DNA from: a virus
Length of the DNA: 64,000 nt
Reading direction: 5' to 3' (one strand)
Virus record (IMG/VR): IMGVR_UViG_3300043399_000788
Span: 15,302 to 79,301 of that record
The translations under genes were made by a program, and so were the position numbers. The notes under the pieces are model-generated. The model was not told where the DNA came from, did not search any database, and was given only the letters and a program-made list of their open reading frames with translations. Shown one piece after another: positions 39,213 to 49,323 of this stretch; position 1 is the stretch's first letter; each line of letters starts with the position of its first letter.

Positions 39213-40697
39213 ATGGCCTACACTATTAACAAGACCAACGGTGCAGTTCTAGCAACTGTGGCTGACGGCACAATTGACAATTCAACAGACGTAACACTTA
39301 TTGGTAAAAACTATAGTGGTTATGGTGAAATTCTAAACGAGAATTTCGTAAAGTTGATGGAAAATTTTGCTTCCACTAGTTCCCCAGCAAGTCCACTAGC
39401 TGGTCAGCTTTGGTGGGATCTTTCAAACAACTCCTTAAAAGTTTACACTGGTTCTGGATTTAAAGTTATTTCTGGATCAACTGCAAGTGCTACACAGCCA
39501 AGCAACGCTACATTAGGTGATCTATGGTTTGATACTGTTAATAGTCAGTTGCGTGTATATAACGGCACAAGCTGGACACTTATTGGTCCAAGCTTTACTG
39601 CTGGAACAGGTGTATCTGGTGCAGTTATTACTACTGTGTTAGATAATACTGGTGCAAGCCACGTTGTTGTGCAATTCTTCGTAAACGAAGCTATTGTTGC
39701 AATTATGTCAAAAGATTCAACATTTACTCCTCAAACGTCAATTCCTGGGTTCTCTACTATTAGTCCTGGTATTCAAGTTTCTAGCGCCGTTGTTGGTGCC
39801 GGATTCACTGGAACAGCGTCAAATGCAGACTTGTTAGATAACCTAAACAGCACACAGTTTATGCGCTCAGACGCAAACACTACTACAACTGGTACACTAA
39901 GAGTACAAAACGACGCAGGTTTGTATGTTGGATCTGATAGCGATCTAAACATCAACGTAGCTGGTTCAGACGTAGTTGTTTATAACACACAGTCAAACGG
40001 TGACATTTTCTTCCGCGTTAACAGAAGTACAGGTGGCCAAACAACTGCACTAACAATTGATGGTGCAACAGGTTATGTTTACGCAACTACACCAAATGCC
40101 GGTGATAACTCTACTCGTTTAGCAACTACTGCTTATGTTGATGGTATTTCGACTGAACCTGGTTCAGGATTCTTAAAAGCAGACGGGTCAACTCCTCTTG
40201 CTGGTAATTTAATTCCAGATGTGCATAATACTCGTACTTTAGGTAGCCCAGCATTGCGTTATGCAGAAGTATATGCTACTAACCTTATTGGTAAAGCTGT
40301 CGAAGCACAATACGCCGACTTGGCAGAACGTTTTGAAGCAGACAGTGCTTATGAACCAGGCACAGTTGTTGAATTAGGTGGCGATAAAGAAATTACAGCC
40401 GTTGCTGATGAACTAAGCGATAAAGTATTTGGTGTTATTTCTACAAACCCAGGTTTCTTAATGAATAACAAAGTTGGTGATGATTCAACTCATCCAGCAA
40501 TTGCTATGACAGGACGTGTTCCGGTTAAGGTAACTGGTAAAGTTTCTCGCGGTGACAGATTAGTTTCTGCCGGTAATGGGCTTGCTCGCGCAGCAAAACC
40601 AGGTGAAGCAACTAGCTTTAACGTAATTGGAAGAGCACTAGAAAATAAAACTACTACTGGCATAAGTACTGTTAATGCTGTTGTTAAGATACAATAA
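39213..40697 (+). CDS. Tail fibre/virion protein with C-terminal intramolecular chaperone
   Basis: LIGKNYSGYGE..NENFVKLMENFA...GQLWWD/GDLWFD repeats; C-terminal AQYADLAERF...AMTGRVPVK. Confidence 0.75.
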   Translation: MAYTINKTNGAVLATVADGTIDNSTDVTLIGKNYSGYGEILNENFVKLMENFASTSSPASPLAGQLWWDLSNNSLKVYTGSGFKVISGSTASATQPSNATLGDLWFDTVNSQLRVYNGTSWTLIGPSFTAGTGVSGAVITTVLDNTGASHVVVQFFVNEAIVAIMSKDSTFTPQTSIPGFSTISPGIQVSSAVVGAGFTGTASNADLLDNLNSTQFMRSDANTTTTGTLRVQNDAGLYVGSDSDLNINVAGSDVVVYNTQSNGDIFFRVNRSTGGQTTALTIDGATGYVYATTPNAGDNSTRLATTAYVDGISTEPGSGFLKADGSTPLAGNLIPDVHNTRTLGSPALRYAEVYATNLIGKAVEAQYADLAERFEADSAYEPGTVVELGGDKEITAVADELSDKVFGVISTNPGFLMNNKVGDDSTHPAIAMTGRVPVKVTGKVSRGDRLVSAGNGLARAAKPGEATSFNVIGRALENKTTTGISTVNAVVKIQ

Positions 40698-40709
40698 AGG
40701 ATTTAATAA

Positions 40710-41612
40710 ATGACTTATGCTAGTGGCGGTTTAATTCAAGCAAGTGACTATAATACCTGGGCAAACTCAGTTAATGGTGTATGGGGAGCAGGCTCCGGCG
40801 ATTACGGATACGGACAAACATCTACACTAGCAACTGTTGCAGCGTCAAATACTGTCACTGCTGCTCAATGGGCAACACTAATTGCAAGATATGATTCTAT
40901 ACGCAGACATCAAGTAAACGCTCCATCAGGAATAACACAGCCTCAAACAGGAAATACCATTACGTACTTAAGTGCTATCAACACTGTAAACACTAACATA
41001 TGGAATGGCAGATACACTTGGGCTGCAAATGGAAGTGCGACGTATGCAAGATCAAATGCTAATGCTGCAACTTGGATAACTAGTGCAACAAGAGAAGCTA
41101 CTATTAGTTTTGCTAGTGCAAACGCAATGAGGTATTTCTTCAATGCAGGTGGTTATATACAATTTTCTGGAGTATCTTCGGCTGTTTCTGGCAACACAAA
41201 ATCGGATGATTGGGAAACACTACTAAACAACTGCGGTTATGTTAGAATTTTGCCTTGGACCAGTGATAGGCAAACTGCATCCGGTACTCCAACAATATAT
41301 AACCAAGGACTTGGTTTTTGGAGTTTAAATACCGGTAACCAAATTATTTTGCGTCAATATAGTCCAAACACACTCGGTGGTTATAACTTAAACTATGCAA
41401 CTTTCCAAGCTAGATTAAACGCTACTGCAGGTTCTTCAACTGTAATGACAGTAAGTATGGTTCTTACAGATGCTTCTGGTGACGTACTAAACGATACTGT
41501 TGGTTCAGGTGTTTATTTAGAAGTTTGGGTAGTTCCTCCAGCTACAACATGGATTAGTAACACTTGGGGAACCCCAACGCTTAACGTTAACGCAGTTAAC
41601 ACTCAATCTTAA
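40710..41612 (+). CDS. Putative virion fibre/structural protein
   Basis: G/S/T/W-rich 300-aa ORF with SD AAGGA; last gene of the structural block. Confidence 0.55.
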   Translation: MTYASGGLIQASDYNTWANSVNGVWGAGSGDYGYGQTSTLATVAASNTVTAAQWATLIARYDSIRRHQVNAPSGITQPQTGNTITYLSAINTVNTNIWNGRYTWAANGSATYARSNANAATWITSATREATISFASANAMRYFFNAGGYIQFSGVSSAVSGNTKSDDWETLLNNCGYVRILPWTSDRQTASGTPTIYNQGLGFWSLNTGNQIILRQYSPNTLGGYNLNYATFQARLNATAGSSTVMTVSMVLTDASGDVLNDTVGSGVYLEVWVVPPATTWISNTWGTPTLNVNAVNTQS

Positions 41613-41619
41613 TTTATTA

Positions 41620-41661
41620 TTGATTTATCCATGCTCTGAAATTATAATTAGAGCATGGATA
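41620..41661 (+). promoter_or_regulatory. Consensus sigma70 promoter TTGATT-17-TATAAT inside a 12-bp inverted repeat covering the start codon
   Basis: -35 at 41620-41625, -10 at 41643-41648, ATG at 41655; arms TATCCATGCTCT (41626-41637) and AGAGCATGGATA (41650-41661). Confidence 0.75.
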
Positions 41662-41975
41662 TTCATGAGTTAGCTAAAAAATCATACGATCGAGCATTAG
41701 CTCAAAAAAATCTTGAAGAAAAACAACTTAGTCGAATGACAATAGCACATGCTAACGGCATTTGGATATGTAATGCTGAGTTAATTTGCTTATTACATTC
41801 GTATAAAAATTTAAAGGAAATAATATTGCTCGATAGCAACAAGATTCCACGCAAAGTTGACCCTGAGAAACTTCTTGAATTAGTACAAAAGAGGCACCAA
41901 GAAATTTTAAATGATTGGTTAAATGAGTATACTGCATTAACTAAAATAAGAACTGTCAATCATGTATTTGAATGA
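41655..41975 (+). CDS. Hypothetical protein, first gene of the modification operon
   Basis: 106-aa ORF overlapping the next gene. Confidence 0.7.
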   Translation: MDIHELAKKSYDRALAQKNLEEKQLSRMTIAHANGIWICNAELICLLHSYKNLKEIILLDSNKIPRKVDPEKLLELVQKRHQEILNDWLNEYTALTKIRTVNHVFE

Positions 41976-42798
41976 TAAAATTTGCATAATATCGGCAACT
42001 AATTCTATCACTGATGACAACAAAACTATTGATTATATTCAATTAGCTAGTGTAGCCGCAGATCGTGCTAGATATTATTTAGATGTTCCAACAGTATTAA
42101 TAACATCCGATACTACAATTGATAAGAAAAAAACTAATTTTGCCGAAGTAATTTTTACAGAACCTACAAAAGTAACAAAGCGTAATGTTATTGCAGGGGA
42201 AAGTATAATACAATACCAATGGTTAAATGATTTTAGAATTGATGCATACGAATTAACCAAAGGTATGGCTAAACGATTTATTATGATTGATGCAGACTAT
42301 ATGATTGCATCTGACCAATTACTTTCTTGGTTAAGAAATGATTATCATTTTTTAATATTAGATGATGTTTACGATATTACAGGATCAGGAATGTACAGAG
42401 AAAAAATACTTCCTAGTAACGATATTCCTCAACGATGGGCAACTGTAATTTCTTGGAATCAAAGTGAAGAATCAAAAATAATATTTGATACTTCTCGTAT
42501 GGTACGTGATAATTATGACTTTTATTCCCTTATTTTTGGTTTTCCTAAAACTCCATTTAGAAATGATTTAGCGTTTAGCGTTGCATGTCATTTGCACAAT
42601 ATTCCTAAAACACAAACCAAACTTTTCAATTTAGCCCCAAGCGGGTTTTTATATCAAACTAAAGATAAAAGCGGATGGATTGTTGATTTTAATGATAAGT
42701 TAATACGTTGGAACACAGACGTACACATTTTGAATAAGCAATACGCTATTGATCCTTCAATGCTTGATTTATTGAGATTAGACAATGTCAAAGCGTAA
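41962..42798 (+). CDS. GT-A fold glycosyltransferase-like protein
   Basis: Hydrophobic strand followed by DxD (FIMIDADY); PFRNDLAFSVA; HILNK. Confidence 0.6.
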   Translation: MYLNDKICIISATNSITDDNKTIDYIQLASVAADRARYYLDVPTVLITSDTTIDKKKTNFAEVIFTEPTKVTKRNVIAGESIIQYQWLNDFRIDAYELTKGMAKRFIMIDADYMIASDQLLSWLRNDYHFLILDDVYDITGSGMYREKILPSNDIPQRWATVISWNQSEESKIIFDTSRMVRDNYDFYSLIFGFPKTPFRNDLAFSVACHLHNIPKTQTKLFNLAPSGFLYQTKDKSGWIVDFNDKLIRWNTDVHILNKQYAIDPSMLDLLRLDNVKA

Positions 42799-43642
42799 TT
42801 TTAAAGATGAGCGTGGGTTTTTAACTTTTGCGGTAGGAAAAGAATACGTTAAACTTGCATATGCACAAGCATTAAGTATCAAGCTTACACAAAAAAATAA
42901 TAATGTTGCTATTATTGTAGACACTGATGCTGTACAAGAACTTGATAAGTTTGATAAAATATTTGACGAAGTAATAGTAATAAATCATACTCAAAACGGT
43001 TGGGATATGAGTCAATATTGGCAAGCGTTTAGGTTAACTCCATGGCGAGAAACTTTCTTAGTAGAAGCTGATATTATTTTCCCAACATCTATTGATCATT
43101 GGTGGGATATTGTTAGAGAACGTGAAGTTTGCTTACCTAATGCAGTTAAAGACTTTAGAGAAGATACAATAACAACTCGTCGTTATAGAAAGTTGTTTGA
43201 TGAAAATTTACTGCCAGACGTATATGCAGGGTTCGTTTATTTCCGTTATTCGCAATTTGCTATGGAATTTTTTGCATTAATTAGAATGATAATGGAAAAT
43301 TGGGAATGGGTCTCAAAAGAACACATAATTAAAAATGAAGATACTAGAATTAGAATTGATGAAGTATTTTCATTAGCTACAAGAATAATGGGAAAGCAAT
43401 ATTTAACGTTACCTTTCTCAGTCCCAACGTTCGTACACGGTAAAGGTGGTGCTTGGGGATTACGTGAACAAACACCATGGTACGAGCAATTATATGTTGA
43501 ATGGAATAAGACTGTGCCAATAATTGGTCATTACCATCAACGATTGCCTTTACATTATCATCATAAGGAATGGATATCAGATGACATCATCAAACGATAC
43601 GAACGAATCAGAAATGAACGAAACAACAATGAATCTACTTAA
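42785..43642 (+). CDS. GT-A fold glycosyltransferase-like protein (paralogue of 41962)
   Basis: GFLTFAVG..YVKLAYAQALSIK; LTPWRETFLVEADII; RIDEVFSLA; FVHGK. Confidence 0.6.
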   Translation: MSKRNFKDERGFLTFAVGKEYVKLAYAQALSIKLTQKNNNVAIIVDTDAVQELDKFDKIFDEVIVINHTQNGWDMSQYWQAFRLTPWRETFLVEADIIFPTSIDHWWDIVREREVCLPNAVKDFREDTITTRRYRKLFDENLLPDVYAGFVYFRYSQFAMEFFALIRMIMENWEWVSKEHIIKNEDTRIRIDEVFSLATRIMGKQYLTLPFSVPTFVHGKGGAWGLREQTPWYEQLYVEWNKTVPIIGHYHQRLPLHYHHKEWISDDIIKRYERIRNERNNNEST

Positions 43643-43868
43643 GGCTATTCAAGAATATAAAGAACCTGAAGTAACACCAATTGTAATTAAATTAATATAT
43701 GATCCTGAAACAACATTAGTAACAGGATTCACTTTTGAAGATACTGATAAACCTTGGGTAGAAATTACAAGGGAACAGTATGATTCAGGTCTTCCATTTA
43801 AGAAGCTAAAAGTTGTTAACGGTAAAATTGAAGAAATAACTCGCGAAACCAAAAAAAAAAACTTTTAG
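43581..43868 (+). CDS. Hypothetical protein, probably extended to 43954 by a -1 frameshift or an A12 allele
   Basis: Stops 7 nt after an A11 tract (43851-43861). The -1 frame stays open to TGA 43952-43954, which overlaps the next gene. Confidence 0.55.
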   Translation: MTSSNDTNESEMNETTMNLLKAIQEYKEPEVTPIVIKLIYDPETTLVTGFTFEDTDKPWVEITREQYDSGLPFKKLKVVNGKIEEITRETKKKNF

Positions 43869-43934
43869 TTGATGGCGATAAGTGGCATACATCAGAATCA
43901 AATATGTTAATAATGGGTAACGAACGGGGTTGGG

Positions 43935-44846
43935 ATGAACGAAAGAATAGTTGATATCGCAGATTTAGATTGTATCTATCTAAGTTACGACGAGCCACGA
44001 AAAGAAGAATTTTGGGCAAAAATATCAGCTATGGTGCCATGGGCAAAGCGTGTTGATGGTATCAAAGGTAGCGATGCTGCACATAAAGCAGCAGCCGCAG
44101 CTAGTGATACTGAACGCTTTGTACTAATTGATGGCGACAATCTTCCTAATCCAAAATTCTTTGATCAGCAACTTATTTTAAATTTATCAAATGAAAACTA
44201 CGTATTTCGTTGGAAAGCACTTAACAACATTAACGGGCTTACATATGGTAATGGTGGAATAAGTTGCTGGACAAAGCAATTTGTAAACAATATGAAAACT
44301 CATGAAGCGAGCTTAGGCGAAGATCATACCCAAGTGGAGTTTTGTTGGAATACAGGTTACATTGCCATGCATGATGTTTGGTCAACGACGTACCCAAATC
44401 AATCTCCATATCATGCCTGGCGTGCTGGTTTTCGTGAAGGGGTTAAGATGTGTCTTGATCGCGGAGTAAAACCATCACTAATGGATTTTCAAACACGAGT
44501 AAGTCTTGGTAACATGCGTAACTTAAGCATATGGCATAACATTGGTGCAGATGCAGAGTACGGCGACTGGGCAATACTTGGGGCTCGTATGGGAACTTAT
44601 ATGACTATGCTTGATAATTGGGATTATAGATTAGTACATGATTTTGATGAACTTAGGAAAGTCTATGATGATACCTTAATTCATCATGAATTTGTTGAAG
44701 CTAGAGATATGGATTTCTTTGGCGAACAATTAAAAGTTAAGCTTGGATTAGATATAATATACGAAGATTCTGTACACTATAGCGTATTTTTTAAGAAGTA
44801 TGCTTATGTACGTAAAAACAAAGGTATTATGGAGATTGATAGTTGA
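43935..44846 (+). CDS. Glycosyltransferase-like (GT-A) phage protein
   Basis: IYLSYDEP...RVDGIKGSDAAHKAAA...FVLIDGDN (DxD); AWRAGFREGVKM. Confidence 0.55.
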   Translation: MNERIVDIADLDCIYLSYDEPRKEEFWAKISAMVPWAKRVDGIKGSDAAHKAAAAASDTERFVLIDGDNLPNPKFFDQQLILNLSNENYVFRWKALNNINGLTYGNGGISCWTKQFVNNMKTHEASLGEDHTQVEFCWNTGYIAMHDVWSTTYPNQSPYHAWRAGFREGVKMCLDRGVKPSLMDFQTRVSLGNMRNLSIWHNIGADAEYGDWAILGARMGTYMTMLDNWDYRLVHDFDELRKVYDDTLIHHEFVEARDMDFFGEQLKVKLGLDIIYEDSVHYSVFFKKYAYVRKNKGIMEIDS

Positions 44847-45394
44847 AATTATATGTTGATGGATGCAGCTTTGTTGCAGCATCAGGTATATCGAGCGATT
44901 ACAAAATGGCAAAGTTGCTTAACGCAGATAAAGACATGAGTCTAGAAGGAAAAAGCAACTTACAAATAGTTCACGATGTTTATAAAAACATTGATAATTA
45001 TAGCCACTTCTTCATATCGTTTACGTTTAGTAATAGATTTGTCATTTTTGAAAATGGTAAGCGTTGCTTTCATATACTGCCAAATTTAGATACAAGGCGT
45101 TTTCCAGATAAAAATGATTTTGAGAAATATAAAGCATTCCACGATTTTTATTATCGACATATGAATTTAGATTTTAATAGTGCTCTAACTGATTTTTACG
45201 TTGATAGTATTATTTCAATGCTTAAGTTTTATAATAAAACGTATTTGATATATACAGTTGAACCAAGGAAAACAAAATTTCCAGATGAATTAGTTCAATT
45301 AGATTTTTTAAAATATTCCCAAATATATGATGGTCATTTTGATGAACAGGGAATGCAAGACTGGGCAAAAGATGTTAAACGGAGATTATTTTGA
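44843..45394 (+). CDS. SGNH/GDSL-like hypothetical protein (possible acyl-esterase or acyltransferase)
   Basis: N-terminal DGCSF, G.SN, and C-terminal DGHF; TTG start overlapping the upstream stop. Confidence 0.45.
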   Translation: MKLYVDGCSFVAASGISSDYKMAKLLNADKDMSLEGKSNLQIVHDVYKNIDNYSHFFISFTFSNRFVIFENGKRCFHILPNLDTRRFPDKNDFEKYKAFHDFYYRHMNLDFNSALTDFYVDSIISMLKFYNKTYLIYTVEPRKTKFPDELVQLDFLKYSQIYDGHFDEQGMQDWAKDVKRRLF

Positions 45395-46761
45395 GTGACT
45401 TTTTAAATGCCGCGCAAAACATGAAAGAAGAACTTGGCGAAGCACTGTGTCTTGCTAAGTGGCAACAGGTTAGTCTTCATCTAACTAATGGTTTAACTAA
45501 TAGTTGTTATCATCCTCCGTTGCATGAAATTGACGAAAGCTTATTGAAGGATAATCCTTCAGCATTACATAATACACCTTACAAAAAGGAACGTAGAAAA
45601 GAAATGCTTGAAGGCAAGAAGTGCAATGAATGCAGTTATTGTTGGAATATTGAAGCAACGGGTAATTTAAGTGATAGACATTATCGCAGTGGAGAACCTT
45701 GGGCAGCTATACATTTAAATAGAATACGCCAACAAAGCTGGGATAAAGATGAGGTACCAAGTTATGTTGAAGTCAATTTTAGCAATGTGTGTAATCTTGC
45801 TTGTAGTTACTGTTCTCCTCAGTTTAGCTCTACCTGGGGAGCGCAAGCGGAGAGGTTTGGAGCTTATCCCACTTCCACGCCACACAATGATCCAGAACAT
45901 TTTAAAGGAAGAAGAAAAGTTATTCCTAACAGGGAATACAATCCTTACCTAGAAGCATTTTGGAAATGGTGGCCTGCGCTATATCCACAGTTAAAGCATT
46001 TCCGTATGACTGGCGGTGAACCAATACTTGATAAGAACACTTATAAAGTATTTGATTATGTTTTAAAGAATTCAAAACCAGACCTACATTTAAATGTAAC
46101 AAGTAATTTTAGTACTGATCAAGGTTTGTTTGATTACTATCTAAGCAAAGTTAAATTACTATGTGAAGGTGAAAAAATTGAACACTTTATGCAGTTTGTA
46201 AGCGTTGATACTTTTGGTAAGCAAGCAGAATACATTAGACCAGGATTAATTTTCAAACGTTTACAAGATAACGTTGAACGTTTCTTAACAGAAATACCAG
46301 GTCGAAATAGCGTAACGTTTATTATCACTATGAACAACTTAGTTGTACCAGGCATACAAGATTTGCTTAACTGGATTTTAGAACTACGTTCTAAACATAG
46401 TCACACATATCAGCGTGTATGGTTTGATACACCACTGCTTAGGAATCCAAGTTGGCAAAGTTTACAAGTATTACCGGAAGCTTATGCTTGGAAACTCAAA
46501 CAAGTAAGAAATTGGATGCAGGAAAAGATTCTTGTAGAGGAACAGAATCGTTATGATGGATTTAAGGACTACGAGATTCAACGAATGAATCGCATTATTG
46601 CCATGATGAAACAACATAGCGATAATAAAAATTTAAAAGCAGATTTTTATCGTTTCTTTAATGAACACGATCGTCGACATAACCTAAAATTTACAGAAGT
46701 ATTTCCAGACATGCTAACTTTTTGGGATGAATGTAAGTATTGGGCAGACAATGCATTGTAA
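45391..46761 (+). CDS. Radical SAM protein with N-terminal Twitch/SPASM-like Fe-S domain
   Basis: CLAKW...SCYHPP...CSYC, then CNLACSYC (CX3CX2C) and TGGEP. Confidence 0.9.
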   Translation: MSDFLNAAQNMKEELGEALCLAKWQQVSLHLTNGLTNSCYHPPLHEIDESLLKDNPSALHNTPYKKERRKEMLEGKKCNECSYCWNIEATGNLSDRHYRSGEPWAAIHLNRIRQQSWDKDEVPSYVEVNFSNVCNLACSYCSPQFSSTWGAQAERFGAYPTSTPHNDPEHFKGRRKVIPNREYNPYLEAFWKWWPALYPQLKHFRMTGGEPILDKNTYKVFDYVLKNSKPDLHLNVTSNFSTDQGLFDYYLSKVKLLCEGEKIEHFMQFVSVDTFGKQAEYIRPGLIFKRLQDNVERFLTEIPGRNSVTFIITMNNLVVPGIQDLLNWILELRSKHSHTYQRVWFDTPLLRNPSWQSLQVLPEAYAWKLKQVRNWMQEKILVEEQNRYDGFKDYEIQRMNRIIAMMKQHSDNKNLKADFYRFFNEHDRRHNLKFTEVFPDMLTFWDECKYWADNAL

Positions 46762-47875
46762 ATTTTTAACAAATGGGGTAAGAATAAATGAAGATGGATC
46801 TGTTGTTCCTTGTTGCGAATTTACTGGCAACATAGGTATTAATATTTCTAAAGATTTTAATTTTGAAGGATATTTTTCTTCTCCACAAGTTACTGATTTA
46901 AAAGAAAAGTTATCTAATAATATATGGCCAAGCCAGTGTTCTCAGTGTGAGAACAAAGAAAAGTTAAAGCATTTTAGTGCTCGTCAACGTGCTAATATTG
47001 AATTACCTAAAGGGTTAACAGTTGACATTGTAATAGGAAGAGAATGCAATAGTGACTGCGTAATGTGTTACGCTGGGCAGAGCAGTAAAATATTTTCTAG
47101 AATTAAAAAGACAAAACCAACATTTGATGTGCCAAGTGAAGATCAATATTGGATCACTGAAAACAGTGACATCGACTACAATTGGGTTGAAAACGAAAAA
47201 TTTTGGAATCAACTTAAAGAAAATTTTGAAAACATTAGCAAAGTAAAATTCATTGGCGGAGAACCGTTATTAAGCAAAAAACTTTGGCGTTGGTTACAAG
47301 ATGAAAATATTATTTCTAAAAAGCATAATAAACGTTTAGAAATTGTGACTAATGGCAGCATTTTTAATGCAGACAAAAATCAATTATTAACAGGGTGGGA
47401 AAAAACTAGTTTAACAGTTAGTATTGATTCTACAGAAAAAGAATATGAGTGGATTCGACAAGGATTACATTGGGAAGAAGTTAGTAATAATACAATCAAG
47501 TATAGTAACCTCGATAACGTTGTTGTTTCTGTTCACGCTACTATCAACTTATATAATGTTGCTACATTAGGAAATCTTGTTAGTTGGGCAAACGATAATA
47601 ATTTACTTTTTACATTTACCCCTGTAACATCTCCATCTTTATTATCAATTAAATATGCACCTATTAATATATTAAATCAAACATTAATAGAAATTGATAA
47701 GATTAAATCATTCAAAATACAAAATAGCATTCAATTAAAAGGTTTAAAAAATCTACTAAAAAATGCAATTGAGAATAATATTGAAAATGTTGAACTAAGA
47801 AAAAGTATAACTAATTATTTTAATAATCATAGACAACACTGCATGGATTGGGAAACACTAAAATGTATGACATAG
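46751..47875 (+). CDS. Radical SAM protein with N-terminal Twitch/SPASM-like domain
   Basis: MHC...GSVVPCC...CSQC; CNSDCVMC; GGEP. Start placed at ATG 46751, which overlaps the upstream gene. Confidence 0.88.
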   Translation: MHCKFLTNGVRINEDGSVVPCCEFTGNIGINISKDFNFEGYFSSPQVTDLKEKLSNNIWPSQCSQCENKEKLKHFSARQRANIELPKGLTVDIVIGRECNSDCVMCYAGQSSKIFSRIKKTKPTFDVPSEDQYWITENSDIDYNWVENEKFWNQLKENFENISKVKFIGGEPLLSKKLWRWLQDENIISKKHNKRLEIVTNGSIFNADKNQLLTGWEKTSLTVSIDSTEKEYEWIRQGLHWEEVSNNTIKYSNLDNVVVSVHATINLYNVATLGNLVSWANDNNLLFTFTPVTSPSLLSIKYAPINILNQTLIEIDKIKSFKIQNSIQLKGLKNLLKNAIENNIENVELRKSITNYFNNHRQHCMDWETLKCMT

Positions 47876-49323
47876 TTTTAATTCATGTTCCTTATATGTT
47901 TAACACTAATCCGCCTCTTGCTGCACCATTGCTTAAAGCTTGTTTAGCAGAACATGACATTAATGCATATACTATTGACTTTAACATTGAGTTTATCAAA
48001 TCAAACGTTAGCACAAAGTCCATCATAGCTTGGCTGCAAAAACCAGATTTGTTCCCAAATAAAGACGAATATCTAACATACAAAAATTGGGTAGAAGAGT
48101 CAGTTAAGCGTGCTTTAGCTCTTAATCCAAAATGGATTGGAATATCTGTTTTTACAAAAGATAGTCAGTTAGCAGCAGAAGATTTTGCTTGTGCAATTAG
48201 AAAATTGTCACCAACAACTAAGATATTAGTTGGAGGGTTAGGTGCTAATGTTAATTTAGGGCAGTGGAATTTATCATGGTATCAACTTGCATTTGATTCA
48301 AACTTAGTTGATACTGTCATAATAGGTGAAGGTGAAAAAGCTATTGTTGATGTAATTAAAAACGATAAGCATGGCATAATTAAAGCACCGCAGTTAAACG
48401 TAGCAGAACTTGATTCTGTTCCTATGCCAGATTTTAGTGATTACACACTAAGCAATTATTACTCAGATTTAGATAAAGACACAATTGCTATTCCAATTAC
48501 TGCCAGCAAAGGATGCATTCGTGATTGTACATTTTGCGATGTAGGTAAGCATTGGCCTAATTTTAATTCACGTAGCGGTAACAAAGTAGCATCTGAGATA
48601 ATCAGTTTTTACAAGGATTACGGTTTCAAATATTTCCGTTTTACTGACAGTTTGATTAATGGTAATGTTAAAGAGTTTAGAATAATGAATGCTAAACTAT
48701 CTGAGGAATTGCCAAACACAGTAAAGTATAGAGGTCAATTTATTTGTAGACCAAAAAATCAAATGCCATTAGAAGATTTTGCGTTGATGGCAAAAGCAGG
48801 CGCATACAGAGTTCAAATTGGCATTGAAAGTGGTAGCGAGGCAGTACGGCACCATATGCGTAAAAAGTTTTCAAACAATGATATAGAATATTCTACATAT
48901 GAGCTTTATAATAACGGTATCAAACAGAGCTGGTTTATATTCGTTGGATATCCAACTGAAACATTGGATGATTTTAAGGAAACTTTGAAGTTAGTTGAAA
49001 AATACAAAGACCTTGCTAAATATCAAATGGTTCAGATTATCCCAACTGGTGTATTTCAAATGTTAGATGGAACTCCAATTGCTGAGCAAGATATGTTAAC
49101 TGCTCTAGAAATAGAACAGCACATAGTTGGGGGCTATCAAACATATGCATGGACAAGCAAGCTGTATCCAGAAAATACATTTGCTGAGCGTGCTCGTAGA
49201 TTTAAAGAACTAGTTGATCTTTGTAAGTCCTATAATTTAATCTCAGAGTTTGAAGATATGGTTGAAGGACATATAAAGATGATAAATTATCAGGAGTTAA
49301 AAATCATTGGCGGAAACTATTAA
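47863..49323 (+). CDS. Cobalamin-binding radical SAM enzyme (class B methyltransferase-like)
   Basis: PPLAAPLLKA...IGISVF...ILVGG...GEGE (B12-binding domain); SKGCIRDCTFC; IGIESGS..VR..MRK; IFVGYPTET. Confidence 0.9.
   Translation: MYDIVLIHVPYMFNTNPPLAAPLLKACLAEHDINAYTIDFNIEFIKSNVSTKSIIAWLQKPDLFPNKDEYLTYKNWVEESVKRALALNPKWIGISVFTKDSQLAAEDFACAIRKLSPTTKILVGGLGANVNLGQWNLSWYQLAFDSNLVDTVIIGEGEKAIVDVIKNDKHGIIKAPQLNVAELDSVPMPDFSDYTLSNYYSDLDKDTIAIPITASKGCIRDCTFCDVGKHWPNFNSRSGNKVASEIISFYKDYGFKYFRFTDSLINGNVKEFRIMNAKLSEELPNTVKYRGQFICRPKNQMPLEDFALMAKAGAYRVQIGIESGSEAVRHHMRKKFSNNDIEYSTYELYNNGIKQSWFIFVGYPTETLDDFKETLKLVEKYKDLAKYQMVQIIPTGVFQMLDGTPIAEQDMLTALEIEQHIVGGYQTYAWTSKLYPENTFAERARRFKELVDLCKSYNLISEFEDMVEGHIKMINYQELKIIGGNY

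Noticed and set aside
33639-41612. Diversity-generating retroelement, suggested by the Mtd-like N-terminus
   Set aside because: No reverse transcriptase and no TR/VR pair differing at adenines was seen; the similarity is limited to the anchor domain.
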